Origin: Flaccisagitta enflata
Lineage: Eukaryota
DNA: 64,000 nucleotides
Direction of reading: 5' to 3'
NCBI GenBank assembly: GCA_965153355.1
Contig: OZ231126.1
Coordinates: forward strand, 25,730,001-25,794,000
Shown here: positions 12,528 through 23,972 of the stretch, one piece after another
How the letters are laid out: every line of letters starts with the position of its first letter
Position numbering within the stretch: the first letter of the stretch is position 1
Position numbers and translations under genes: made by a program
Notes under the pieces: model-generated
Told to the model about the DNA's origin: nothing
The model's database searches: none
What the model saw: the letters and a program-made list of their open reading frames with translations, nothing else

Positions 12528-15335
12528 TCATTGCTGAACATCATCTCTTGAGGAATTTTCCCATGCGTCATAGGCATTCTTAAACGCATTGATCGATGTC
12601 TGCGTTTTCACTCGTTCCGGCAGATCATTCCAGGTACGCGTTGCCCTGATACTGAAGAAATTTTTTCTTATTTCCAGTCTTGCATTGGATACTTTCAGTA
12701 TCTTCTCCTTTTTTATTTGTCCCTGGTGTGTGATCACCGAATTCGCCCGTGTCGGTCTCGCGTCATCTCCGACTTCCTCAAACCACTCGCTTTTTTCGAC
12801 CTTGCTAAAGCCGTTCAGGACTTTAAAGGCCTCGATTGCGTCTCCTCTACTCCTCCTTTCTTTCAGCGTCGGGATCCCGGCGTCTTTGGCTTTCTCTTCA
12901 TACGTCGTTCCTCTGACGTCTGACAGTTGCTTGACGAATCTTTCCTGAATCTTTTCCAATGTTTTTATATCACCTTCCTGCCATGGATTCCAACTCGCCG
13001 CCGCGAATTCCAATTTTGGCCGTACAAACGTCTTGTACAGTGGCACAAGATGAGATTTTTTCCGATAATGAAACGCTCTCATTATCTGCCCCAAGGCAAA
13101 ATTTGCAGAATTTGCCGCTGCCGCACATTGCTTCGCTGGTTTCATTGACGACGAAATCCAGACTCCTAGATCCTTCTCCTCCTTCGATGTCTCAATTTTT
13201 GTTCCGTTCATGTGGTACTCAATCATCGGGTTTTTGTTTCCAAAGTGAATCACTTTGCACTTTTTTTCGTTGAAATCCATCGCCCACTTTTTCGCCCAGT
13301 CCGCTAATGCATCAATCGCCTTTTGCATTTCCTCTCCATCTCTGTCATTTTCAACAATTTTTGCGACCTTAGTATCGTCGGCAAACATCCGTATCAACAT
13401 GCCGATGACAACACGTTCCAGATCGTCGATAAAGATGTCAAATAGCGTTCCACCTAGGACTGATCCTTGTACCACACTACTTATGACGTCTTCCCAATCA
13501 GAGTACTCGCCGTTTATGCGTACGCACTGCTTCCTTCCCCGTAGCCAGTCAGTCAACCATTCTAGAACCGCTCCGCCTATTCCCGCCGCTTTCAGTTTTT
13601 TCACCAGTCGGGCGTGACAGACTTTATCAAACGCCTTTTGAAAATCTAAGTACAAAACATCAAAACTCCTTCCTTCATCCAACCATTTCGTTGCCGTGTC
13701 AAAGAATTCTATCAAGTTTGTCTGCGGAGATCTCCCTTTTTGGAATCCGTGTTGCGCATTTGTCAAAATCTTCTCCGATTCCACATGTCTCATCAATTCT
13801 TCTTTGACTATTCTCTCCATCGTCTTTCCTATAACGTTTGTCAACGACACTGGCCGATAATTTCCCGGATCGCTTTTTTTCCCTTTTTTAAAAATCGGCG
13901 TAACCACTGCCTCTCTCCACTCATCCGGTATTTTCCCACTGTCGATTGATTTCCTGAACAAGATCGTCAGTGGCGTAATCAGTTCTTTCTTGGTTTCTTT
14001 TACCACCCGCGGTGCGATCCCGTCTGGACCCGCCGCGGAATGTTCTTTGAGTTTGTCAATTGCTGCTTCCACTTTTTCCGCGGTTATCTCTAAATCGGTC
14101 AATGTCGACTGGAAGTTTTTTTCTGTCGCTTCGGGCATCTCATTGTCGGCCTTTGTAAACACAGAGGCAAAATACTTATTCATTACTTGGGCTTGTTGTT
14201 TCGGTTCTATAATAATTTCATTCTCGGCGTTAATCAGAGGACCGATTTGGCATCTGTTGCTCTTTGATCTGTTTATGAACTGGTAGAACCGTTTTGGATT
14301 TGATTTCGACACTTTCATGACTTCTCGTTCAATTTTATTTTTACTGTTCCGTATCGTTTTCTTTGTTGCCATTTCTAATTTCTTGTATGCCTTTTTGTCG
14401 CTTTCCATTTTTGAGTTTTTCCACTTTCGCCATGCTTCGCGTTTTTCTTTGATTTGTCGTTTGATGTCTCGATTCATCCATTCCGGTTCAATTTTTTTCC
14501 TTGGCCTTCGCATCGGGATATGCTCGTTCATGAGCGACTTTAAAGTTCCACTTATCTCCTTCCACATCTCGTCCACATCTTTTCCTTCCAACCGTTCCTC
14601 CCATTTTTCCTTTTGCAGTGATTCTCGCATTTTTCTATAGTCTCCACGTCCATAGTTCCAGGTTGGTCGTTGTTCGCTTAGTCTTGTTGCATCAACACAG
14701 ATTTCGAAAACGATGATTTCATGATCGCTTTTTCCAAGCTTGCCATTCAGATGGACATTCTGAATGATTTCATCCTTATCACTCAGAATCAAATCCAAAA
14801 CATTTCCACTCGCGTGCGTCGGTTCCTTCACATGTTGGTACATGTGCTTCTCCGTCACCGTCTCGAAAAATTCTCGGCTTCTTGCTCCGGAAAGACCATT
14901 TTCCCAATCAATCTCTGGATAGTTGAAATCCCCAATCAACACGTTAGTGCCGCGCATTTCGCTTATCCACTTATTTAGTTCGCCGTTGTTGTCTCTACTC
15001 GAGTTCGGGGAACGATAAATGACATGAATGTTCACATTTTCGCGATCACATTTGACCCTCACCGATGCGCACTGATTGAACGTCGAATTTAGCTCAAGAC
15101 TCCAGACATGGATCTTTTTACTTGCATAAATAAAGATTCCGCCTCCTCTTCCCATGTCTGTATCATTGCGGTCTTTCCGAACAATTAGGTCGTATCCATC
15201 TATTATGAACAACTCATTTCCCGCCAATTCGTTCGCCCAGGTTTCTGTCAGTGCTACTATATCCGGGTTTAGTAGTGATGCCAATGCTCTCAATTCGTCA
15301 ACCTTATTTCCAATACTCTGAGCATTTGTGAACAT
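12528..15335 (-). CDS. LINE ORF2: apurinic-like endonuclease plus reverse transcriptase
   Basis: Uninterrupted frame (open to a GTG at 15401, first ATG at 15335, 935 aa). Endonuclease motifs TNAQS, LTETW, YRSP, GDFN, LDL, SDH. RT motifs NYRPVSLT, QHGF, LDFQKAFDKV, QGSVLG, FADD, KDLGV. CR1-type C-terminus RKNFFSIR..WNDLP. Confidence 0.95.
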   Translation of the reverse strand: MFTNAQSIGNKVDELRALASLLNPDIVALTETWANELAGNELFIIDGYDLIVRKDRNDTDMGRGGGIFIYASKKIHVWSLELNSTFNQCASVRVKCDRENVNIHVIYRSPNSSRDNNGELNKWISEMRGTNVLIGDFNYPEIDWENGLSGARSREFFETVTEKHMYQHVKEPTHASGNVLDLILSDKDEIIQNVHLNGKLGKSDHEIIVFEICVDATRLSEQRPTWNYGRGDYRKMRESLQKEKWEERLEGKDVDEMWKEISGTLKSLMNEHIPMRRPRKKIEPEWMNRDIKRQIKEKREAWRKWKNSKMESDKKAYKKLEMATKKTIRNSKNKIEREVMKVSKSNPKRFYQFINRSKSNRCQIGPLINAENEIIIEPKQQAQVMNKYFASVFTKADNEMPEATEKNFQSTLTDLEITAEKVEAAIDKLKEHSAAGPDGIAPRVVKETKKELITPLTILFRKSIDSGKIPDEWREAVVTPIFKKGKKSDPGNYRPVSLTNVIGKTMERIVKEELMRHVESEKILTNAQHGFQKGRSPQTNLIEFFDTATKWLDEGRSFDVLYLDFQKAFDKVCHARLVKKLKAAGIGGAVLEWLTDWLRGRKQCVRINGEYSDWEDVISSVVQGSVLGGTLFDIFIDDLERVVIGMLIRMFADDTKVAKIVENDRDGEEMQKAIDALADWAKKWAMDFNEKKCKVIHFGNKNPMIEYHMNGTKIETSKEEKDLGVWISSSMKPAKQCAAAANSANFALGQIMRAFHYRKKSHLVPLYKTFVRPKLEFAAASWNPWQEGDIKTLEKIQERFVKQLSDVRGTTYEEKAKDAGIPTLKERRSRGDAIEAFKVLNGFSKVEKSEWFEEVGDDARPTRANSVITHQGQIKKEKILKVSNARLEIRKNFFSIRATRTWNDLPERVKTQTSINAFKNAYDAWENSSRDDVQQ

Positions 15336-15340
15336 GATCT

Positions 15341-16297
15341 TTAGTCTCTCGTTTCGCTCTCTTCTCTGCTTCTTGGCGTGTCCCACCACCACTTCACCCA
15401 CTTCTTCCCTCTCGGTCCAACCGCTACGTATTTCCCCCCCGTCTTCCCTTCCTTTTTTGCCTCCTTGGTCTTCTCCTCCGCTTCCTTTCTTGCCTTTTCG
15501 TCAGCCTTCTTGGCTTCCTCCCTTTGCGTCGGCGTCATGTCCTCTGCCACGAAGGTTCTCTTCCATTTGTCTTTTTTCGCCAGCTTTTTCGCGTTTACCA
15601 GGAGTCGTTCTCGCGTCTCGTCATTGTCAACGCCGACGACCATTGGTCGGGGTCTGACTTCCTCCGTCCCGGCTTCTCTTCTCTTCCCGGCTCTAAACTT
15701 GACCTTCACGTCGTCACCGATCATGACTCCGATGTCTTCCGCGATCTCTTTCATGATTTTCTCATCATGTTCCATCCTCTTTGCGGCCTCCGTTTCGTTG
15801 GACTCCGTCACGCCGTAGATGACGATGTTTGAGGCCCTTGCATCACAGTCTTCTCTCTCGGCTGTCATGGCGCTCGCAACTTCCTTCTTTGTGTTTTCCA
15901 TCCCTATTTCGATTTCCTTTTCTATCCCGTCCATTTTGTCCTTCACTTGGTCCGTCTTTCCTTCCATGCGCTCCACCCTCTCGAGCAGGGCCTTGAATTC
16001 TAGCTCGCGAATTTTATCCCAATTTTTCAGTTCCACGATCTCGTCTTTCAGCTCCTTCGTTGTCCGGTTCATTTTTCCCGTCATCTTCCTGCAAGTGAGG
16101 CACAGAAAGAACGAGCCTCCATGTATCTTGTTTATCTTATCACAGTTGTCGACAAATTCGTTAGTCATGCCTTCGATACACTTGGCATGGTACCAAAATT
16201 CGCACCACCCGCCGCATGCGATGCTCGTTCCTGATTTGCATTCTTCGTCGCATTTTCCGCACGGAAATTGCTTCTTTTTTCGTTTTTCGTCACCCAT
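15341..16297 (-). CDS. LINE ORF1 protein with N-terminal PHD finger and coiled-coil region
   Basis: 318 aa. CGKC..IACGGWC..WYHAKC..FLCLTC is a C4HC3 PHD pattern, followed by a heptad-rich region and the NIVIYGV / RPRPMVV / FVAEDMT motifs typical of CR1/L2-type ORF1. Confidence 0.9.
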   Translation of the reverse strand: MGDEKRKKKQFPCGKCDEECKSGTSIACGGWCEFWYHAKCIEGMTNEFVDNCDKINKIHGGSFFLCLTCRKMTGKMNRTTKELKDEIVELKNWDKIRELEFKALLERVERMEGKTDQVKDKMDGIEKEIEIGMENTKKEVASAMTAEREDCDARASNIVIYGVTESNETEAAKRMEHDEKIMKEIAEDIGVMIGDDVKVKFRAGKRREAGTEEVRPRPMVVGVDNDETRERLLVNAKKLAKKDKWKRTFVAEDMTPTQREEAKKADEKARKEAEEKTKEAKKEGKTGGKYVAVGPRGKKWVKWWWDTPRSREESETRD

Positions 16298-17944
16298 CGC
16301 AATTTTCTCTTCACGCCGGCGTTGATACGATATAAAGTGTTCTATTGTGTCACTTATCCGGGATACAAGTGTTCAATTGTGTCACTTCTTGTGGTTTATA
16401 GTGTTCTATTGTGGCACCAACGTCGCTTCAACAACCACAACGGTTTTTTTATCAATTGAGTTTGTCTCGCAATGTTCAGTGCCAAGGGAAGCACGATTCA
16501 CTCGTTTTCAATTTGATCTGAAAAGAGAATCGCTTGGCCAAGGCGACCTCCAGCCGTTTTCGATTCCGAAGCCCCGGGAACGCCTGGAGCCCGCCTTAAC
16601 CAAGCAAATAAAAGAATTTTAGAATTTTAGAATTTATATAAGCATGGTTTTCAATCGATAGACCAAGTACAAATGTTTTAGTATTAGAACAATAACAAAA
16701 GGACCATATCTTTCAGGTTGAGCAATTTTCTACTGTTGGAAATTAACTTTCCACTCAGTTGCTCCAAAGGACTATGGCAGATCAATACATAACCTCATCA
16801 TTTTTCATTTGCTTTTTTCTTCAACTAAAACCTTTAAATGATCTGCGTTTGCACTTAATCTCATTCCTAGACCAATTACCGATCTTTCTGGGCGACTTTC
16901 GAGAAATTGCTGGGTAGACTGTAATTTTGGATCTTTGTGTTGTGGGATATTAGTGTCGTGGGATATTTTTATCAGTTATATTTTATCGCTACTTACGGGA
17001 TATTCTTTTACAGTATTGCTTTCCTCTGATGATTCTGTGCAGCGATTGCATCAACCACCCACATTGATATTTTTTACACTATAAGATTCATCCTTTTGAG
17101 ATTTCCATGCAAATTCTTGACAAAAGTACACATCCACAACTTATGGAAAGCTCAATAAAAGTTTCAGATAGAATTATCAACAAAGTGAAAAACTGGCTGC
17201 AGTAGTAGAAATTTCATTTTCAAAAAAACTGTGTTGTATGTCTAGACCTGAGTCAGTGGGGTACGTATAGCGCAAAGACAACTGTATCCAATTCTGTTTA
17301 CACCACTTTCACTAGGCCATCCTAGACTGGATAGTTTGGATAGCACTCGACTCTGCAAGTGTAACCCACTATGTCTGTTGGTTGGTCGGATAGTCGCGTA
17401 GGATGCTTCGTCTGTGTTTACAGGTGTTCTTTAAGGGGGCTTAAGTTGTCGGGTTATGTCAAGCTTTTACTCAATAATGCCTATGGTACCTGAAATAAAT
17501 TTTGTTCTTATGAGTACGCATTGACGTTTTTTGTGTCAAAATTTCATCCATTTTGGTCAAGTAGCTTGTCTTTTACATGGATTTGAAGTAAAACCTCATG
17601 TTTCCCCATTGAGCAGATTTTCTGTCATAGTCCAAAGTTTTCCATGTCAACTTAATCAGGGGCAAAGGGGAAAGTACTGCCACCACTGCCATAGCAGCAC
17701 CTTTTGTTGGGACAACAAAGTTGTCGGACACCAATTTCTTCAAGGAAAAAAAGGAGAAAGAAGGAAAAATGAAAAAAATGAAGAGAAGATGAAAGAGAAA
17801 AGAAGGAAAGAAGATAAATAGGAGAGAGAGAGCAAAACTAAGTTGTTTATTGTGCATGTTCCTCAATTTGGCTTTTTATTGGAAATAGAATAATGTTTGG
17901 TAAAAACTCCATCAATGCGGTAGTGTTTCTATCTTATTTGGTAG

Positions 17945-18306
17945 TTTTATGTCACGTGCTATGCGACTCTACACCTCGCTATGTCGGTCCATTGGTTGGT
18001 TGGTCGATTGGTCGGTCCCCTTTTTACTTTTTCGGCGTTTTGAGCTTTTTGAGCATACAGCTCCTGCCCTGGTGACCTTCTCCAGCACTGCTCCTGCCCA
18101 CCCGCACGCAACTAGGGCAGCCGTGTATCCGGCCTTGTTAGTCTTGTGCTACGCGACTCTACACCCCGCTTTGTTGGTCCATCTGTCGGTCCGTCAGTCT
18201 GTTGGTCCGTCAGTCCGTTGGTCCTTCGGTCCGTCGGTCTGTCCGTTACACTTTACTTTTTTTGGTTTTTTTTAGGCTTTTGGCATCACTGCTCCTGCCC
18301 AAATGA
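17945..18306 (+). mobile_element. Two head-to-tail HINE copies (second is 3'-truncated)
   Basis: First copy ends CCGGCCTTGTT at 18139 and is directly followed by AGTCTTGTGCTACGCGACTCTACACCCC. Confidence 0.8.
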
Positions 18307-20964
18307 GTTTGGTATAGTGAGGGATATTGTTCCACTTGTCATACTACTCAGTACCTTGGATGAGAATGTCTGGAAGTCGCATTAAGCTTGACCTCGATTC
18401 TATCCTTTAAGGGTATGGTTTCTTAACAATGTTGCCCTCGGGTGATTTGTTGAATTTGTCGAAATGGATCTTTGCTTAGTTAGTTTTGCTAGATGGAAAC
18501 CTAGGAGTGATGCGCATGGTAACTAGTCAGTGAGGGCTCACAAGGCCCTCTTCCATATTTTTCAGTTTGGGTATAGTGAGGGATATTGTTCCACTTGTCA
18601 TAACAAGATGCAACGCGAAACTCGATCTTGCTCTGAATAGTATTTTTACAACTTTTTAGGAGGTTTTTTTTTTTCAGAAGTTGGTCATTACATTGGTGGG
18701 TCTGTCTGCTGGTGCGTTCATACATTACATTTGCTTTGAATGGCTATTTTAGATGTTGTGAAGGAAAACTAAAATAGTTTTCATAGAACTTTGATTTGAC
18801 CCTAAGACCAGAAATTAAAAACCATATTTGTGGAGTTCTCCATTGTATTTCCACCAAATATCGAGGGTGAAACTATGGCAGTAAGCACTGTTTTTTACAG
18901 TATTTTGTCAGGGCACCAAATTTGTCGGATACAGATTGGAGGGTAGCAAGTGTAACACAATTATTGAAACTCTGATAAGGGGCTGTCAAATCTATATTAT
19001 AATAGACATTAATGTAACATTTTCATCATCAGGTAGAGGATAAAAAAATCTTTACTTTGATCATGAATTTCAAGTAGTAGCAAAAACTGTTGAGGTGTCT
19101 TTTCTCAATATGAGCTTTTATTCGTGCTTAATATTTAAACACAGATTAGACAACAACATACGACTACAACTATAAGTAAGAAATTCAAGTGTTTAAGTAT
19201 TGAGATGATACAAAAAGGCTAACAACGCGTTACCAATGTGAGACAATTTATTCTCGAAATTCTTTTTTTCTTCAAGCGAATATTTCAGTCACTGATAGGT
19301 AACCAAAAGCTCCTCTTAAAGTTTTGATGCTTTCCCATCTGTTATAAGAAAATATTTGTTGTATAGCATCGTTGACTGCGACATGTAAAGATTCCATTTC
19401 TCTACAGATATGAAAGTTGGACAACATTACTACTCAACCCTACCTTACTTAAGGATGAGAGCCTTTGGAGCTCTCACTGGTGTTTAATCCGGACCCATCA
19501 CAACTTCGCATTACAACTTCGCACGCATTAGTGATGGTTGGGACACAGATATCAAACAGGAGTTTCATTGAACCACTTCGCTAGGTCCAGCTAAAATGTC
19601 ATTAGAAAATTCCCATCAAGTTCACTCATCTTTAAAACATTGCAAAATCTAAACGGATAAAGCTAACATAACCAGATTGGTCTCATTTCAAAGAGCTGCT
19701 TTTATTCTTTCACGAGTATTGCTTAAGCGTTGCTTAGCAAGTCTTGAGCAATGCTTAAGTGTTGCTAAGCAACGCTTAAGCAATGATCATGAAGATCCTC
19801 CTGGGTAGGATTGCTCAATTTATTTTGGTAAAGTGCTCTCCCAAAATTGATGCTTTTTTTCAGGTTGGATTTTTCTTTAAGATAGTGAATCAAAATGCAA
19901 ATATGGCAAACTGTAACAAACTGAAACAACCAAATTCGACAAGAAGGTACATTTTGATGTGTATGTTTTCACATTTGTAAAGAATAAGCACAATATTGTA
20001 TAAAAAATTGAATGAATCAAGTTTTCTTGGTACAGTTCCAATAGTTGTGTCACATGTGTTACTCCCCTGCACCCCTTTCATTTTTCATTTCTAATTCAAG
20101 AATAATCTTGTCTCTACTTGTATTAGCGGTGCCAGCAATCTGCCAGTGAGCATGCAACATTTTCGTCTTTAGATTTTATACTAGCAGAGTGGCCGCTGGG
20201 CTCCGGACTTGTATGCCGGCCGTTTCAATGATTACCTTGACAACATGATATTTCTATGATCCCTTCATGCATCTAGATCGGGAAAATTACCCGGAATATT
20301 GACCCCTAGCCATAGTTTTAGCCTTCTATCGCAATAACTGTGATTTTTTCAGTCTCAAATTAAAGCGCGTTTGGACGCCACAGTTTAACAAAAAGGCGTA
20401 ATTTTTGTCATCATTTCCAGCGCAGCATACATCAGGTTTTTGGTCATATCTTTTAAACGGTTGGATGGATTTGCAAAATTCTTTTTGTTTTCCTTTATTA
20501 ACATAAAAACTTGACTTCTGAGAGGGTCAAAAGAAATTTTTGTCCCTATGAAAAAAATCCGTGGGCCTTCCCACTTGTATGGAATGATTTGTTGAAAAAT
20601 ATTGGAAATGAAGGCAGGCAGGATTCTTGATTTTCATGAAAAAATTTCCAATGGGAGTACATCAGCTTCCATGCAATAGACAGACTACTGGACCAAAATG
20701 GATGAAATTTTGATACAAAAAACATCAAAGTATAGCCTTTAAGACTAGATCAATTTCAAATACATGAGAATTACCATTGGTGTGTAAAAGCCTAACAGAA
20801 TCTGACAACTCAGTTGGATGACCCGATTTACTACTTGCCAATTCGATTTGAATGCGGTGAAAGTGTCCATTTTGACATCAAAAAATTTGCGACATACTAG
20901 CCCAAAACTTTTGCAAAACCCGAAATTCATCCTAAAGCATATGATCATTTGACTGCGGCAACTA

Positions 20965-21363
20965 CAGTTACGCCCCGCTATAACGGATCCAAGACTAACG
21001 AAAATGCACCTATAACAGATATGAAATGTTGGTCCCTCCATACTATTAGCAGCAGAAATCTGCTCTGAGAAATTTGCACTTGATTCAAACTCTGAAGGAG
21101 TGTTTCCCCAAAACGAATAGAGCAACAGACCCTGGATTAGTTTTATTTTAAAGAGTTGTCAAGACTCTTTCAAGCGCGTCCAATCTGGAATATGTTGCTG
21201 TATCCATTGACGAGCAGTGTACCTTCAAAGTTTAAAGCCAGTGCAGATTTCTCTGCTCACCCTGTTTTCTCTTTTTATTTCTTATGTTAGAAATAACAGA
21301 AATCAGCCTATAACAAATAAGATTTGTTTGTCCCTTGATGACAATTATTGAAGGGTTCAACTG
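20965..21363. mobile_element. pogo/Tigger-like MITE
   Basis: TA|CAGTTACGCCCCGCTATAACGG ... GGGTTCAACTG|TA. Related to the element at 6849. Confidence 0.55.
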
Positions 21364-23342
21364 TAATTTTGTTTCGAGCTGTTTTATCAAACTCAAACTG
21401 ATTATTATAGAAAGGGGATTGAAGATGAACTTTTAAGCTAGCTGTCCTCCTCAAGGCTCCCCGACTATTGGTAATGAAAGAAAGAACAAGCAATGAAACA
21501 GATCTATTTATAGTACATTACACAGTAGAAGGAAAGAATTTTTTTTCTTCGCTTACGAATACCACCATACGACATTCTTACAAGCACGCCAGTAACAATG
21601 GAGAAAGAAAACAGGGAGCACCACTAGAGCACACCTACTAATAAAGTGCGCCCGCCTATAGGGCACACAACCTACTGCCCCATCAGATATTTTTTTAGTT
21701 ATTTTTTGAATTAGCAGCTACACTATCAGACATAATGTTGCAACATGTTACTCAGTTCATTGAAATGCGCTCTGATGAAGCTCAACTGTAGTTGCAAAAG
21801 GTTTGGATGGTCATCAGTATGCGATACCCCAATTTAAGTTTATAGGAGATAGGATAGTGAGGGGGGCAGTACCCCTGAAAGGGCCAATAACCTATGCATA
21901 GGCCCAACCATGGGGTCATAATAAAGATATTACTATGCCAATTCCGCACATAGAATAAGGTAAAACAACGAGTTGGTGCACCAAGACTTGAACTATGAAT
22001 TAGCGTCAGATTGAACACACAAGCGATGCATGTTTGTATGAGATTGCATGCAGACGTGCGTAAAGAAAGGCACGTTCTCTCGAAACATGATGAGAAGACT
22101 GCAGATGAATTTCTTTCTGCATCTTCCTTACTTTCACACTTTCCTTCATTTTCTTTCTCTCTTTTTCCAGAGTCTTCTCTAGAACAGATTACGCCTGAGA
22201 CTGGATACGCCCACAACCTGAAAGATTGAGTCTTAGACTGGTTACGCCCACCACCTGAAAGATTCACAAATTCATTTTCGGACCGGCACAAGGTGTATAT
22301 GATTGTAGTAATGTGCAAGTGACTATGAATCACTAGTTGGTTGGTTTAGTCCATCTGAGAGTCGCTTGATCTCTCTCCCTGTAACACTTTATGCCATGTA
22401 TAGTTCAGCGTAGCGGCAAATTAGGCAAACCAGCTCTAGAAGGCATTAAATTTGAGTCCCACCATCTACTTATTTGTTTATCAATTGTTTTTGGTGTTCA
22501 TTCCTTTATTTCCCTATCTACTTATTTATTCATGTTTCAACTAATACATTTCTTTATCTATTCAATACTATCTTCAATTCTTCATTTATATAGTACTTAA
22601 CTATTTCTTTATCTATTTCTTTATTCATTCAATCATTTTTTTTTACTTTTATTTGTTATTTTTTCGTCTTTCAGAACTCGGAAAACATCACCACTTAAAG
22701 TTAAAAGTACTGATGGATGTGAGTCATTCCAGTTTCCATAATCTACATTTACCCTGTAGGTGGAACAGCTTGAAGGTTTCTTCAATGGCTTGTGTGAGCA
22801 AGAGCACAACTTAAAATGACAAAATGACTTAATAAGTCGTATAATTTCTGTAAATAGTTTGTAGGGTTTTTCGTATCATAAAAGCCAACAATGTCATTCT
22901 GCTTCTTAACTTCTAAGTTAAAAGGAAAGAGATGTTTGAAAAAAATTTGAAGTGCAATTTGGGGGTTTTATGTAGGAATTCTGAAATAAAGTGGTTGACC
23001 TCTCATAAAAGATTGAATGAGGGGTTTAACTTACCAGGGGATAACTGATATCGTTGAGTTACAACGAACTATGAACTGATGAATAGATGGATGAACCGAC
23101 ATACAGACGAATTGATGCCTATCAATGTTCTTATTGTGTGCTTGCCCATCCCCGAATTTTTAACGCGTGTTTCCGGCACATTTATCATTGGCAAGGTCCC
23201 GCATCTTTTTATCATTCTTATTACTCTTTGATATTTCATTTGCATTTACATTTCTGACCCCTAAAAACAGCTGACCCTGAGAGCTGGTCATAACGTCCCT
23301 TCTCCATCGCTAATTTTTTTCCTTCTCGTCTCTCTGTAAAAG

Positions 23343-23464
<122 letters not shown>

Positions 23465-23615
23465 TGTGTGTGTGTTGTCTTTCCTTCTTTGTGCAAATGT
23501 CTTTCTCTGTCTTTGTCTCTCTGTCTGTCACTGTCTGTCTATCTTTGTCTCTGTCCCAGTGTTTCTGTCTGTGTCTGTGTCTGTGTCTGTCTGTTTCTCT
23601 GTCTGTTTCTCTGTC

Positions 23616-23649
<34 letters not shown>

Positions 23650-23914
23650 CTACTCATTTTATTCCCCCTTATCCCTCGTACTCGCCTAAGATATTCATAT
23701 CGGACATATCTCCTATTTCTGACCCTGACGCCAGGTCACTCATATAAAAAGAAGAAAGAAAAAGATCCCCCGCTCTTCCATGCTCGCCTAAAGTTGGACT
23801 GTCTGACTGCCTGTCTGTCAGTCTATCACGCTTGTCTGTCTGTCTCTCTCTCGTCTGTCTGTCTGTGTTTCTTTCTGCCTCTCTTGTCTGTGTGTGTGTT
23901 CTTCTCTCTCTGCT

Positions 23915-23972
<58 letters not shown>

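Larger units (their letters stand above)
12385..16632 (-). mobile_element. Full-length CR1-clade LINE retrotransposon (5'UTR, ORF1, ORF2, 3' stem-loop, (TTCTA)n tail)
   Basis: Two long minus-strand ORFs with PHD, APE and RT motifs. The 3' end on minus reads TCTCC..GGGC-loop-GCCC..GGAGA (hairpin) then TTCTATTCTATTCTATTCTA. 5' boundary is approximate. Confidence 0.93.

Noticed and set aside
12589-16325. Plus-strand ORFs overlapping the LINE
   Set aside because: Antisense shadows of ORF1 and ORF2 with no recognisable motifs.
21770-21810. CTGATGA as a hammerhead ribozyme core
   Set aside because: No properly placed GAAA or closing stems. No hammerhead core was found in the 46529/48951 repeats either, so they are not called a retrozyme.
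22195-22265. Short tandem duplications here and at 30568-30625, 42646-42702 and 48615-48677
   Set aside because: Two to three copies only, consistent with ordinary slippage.
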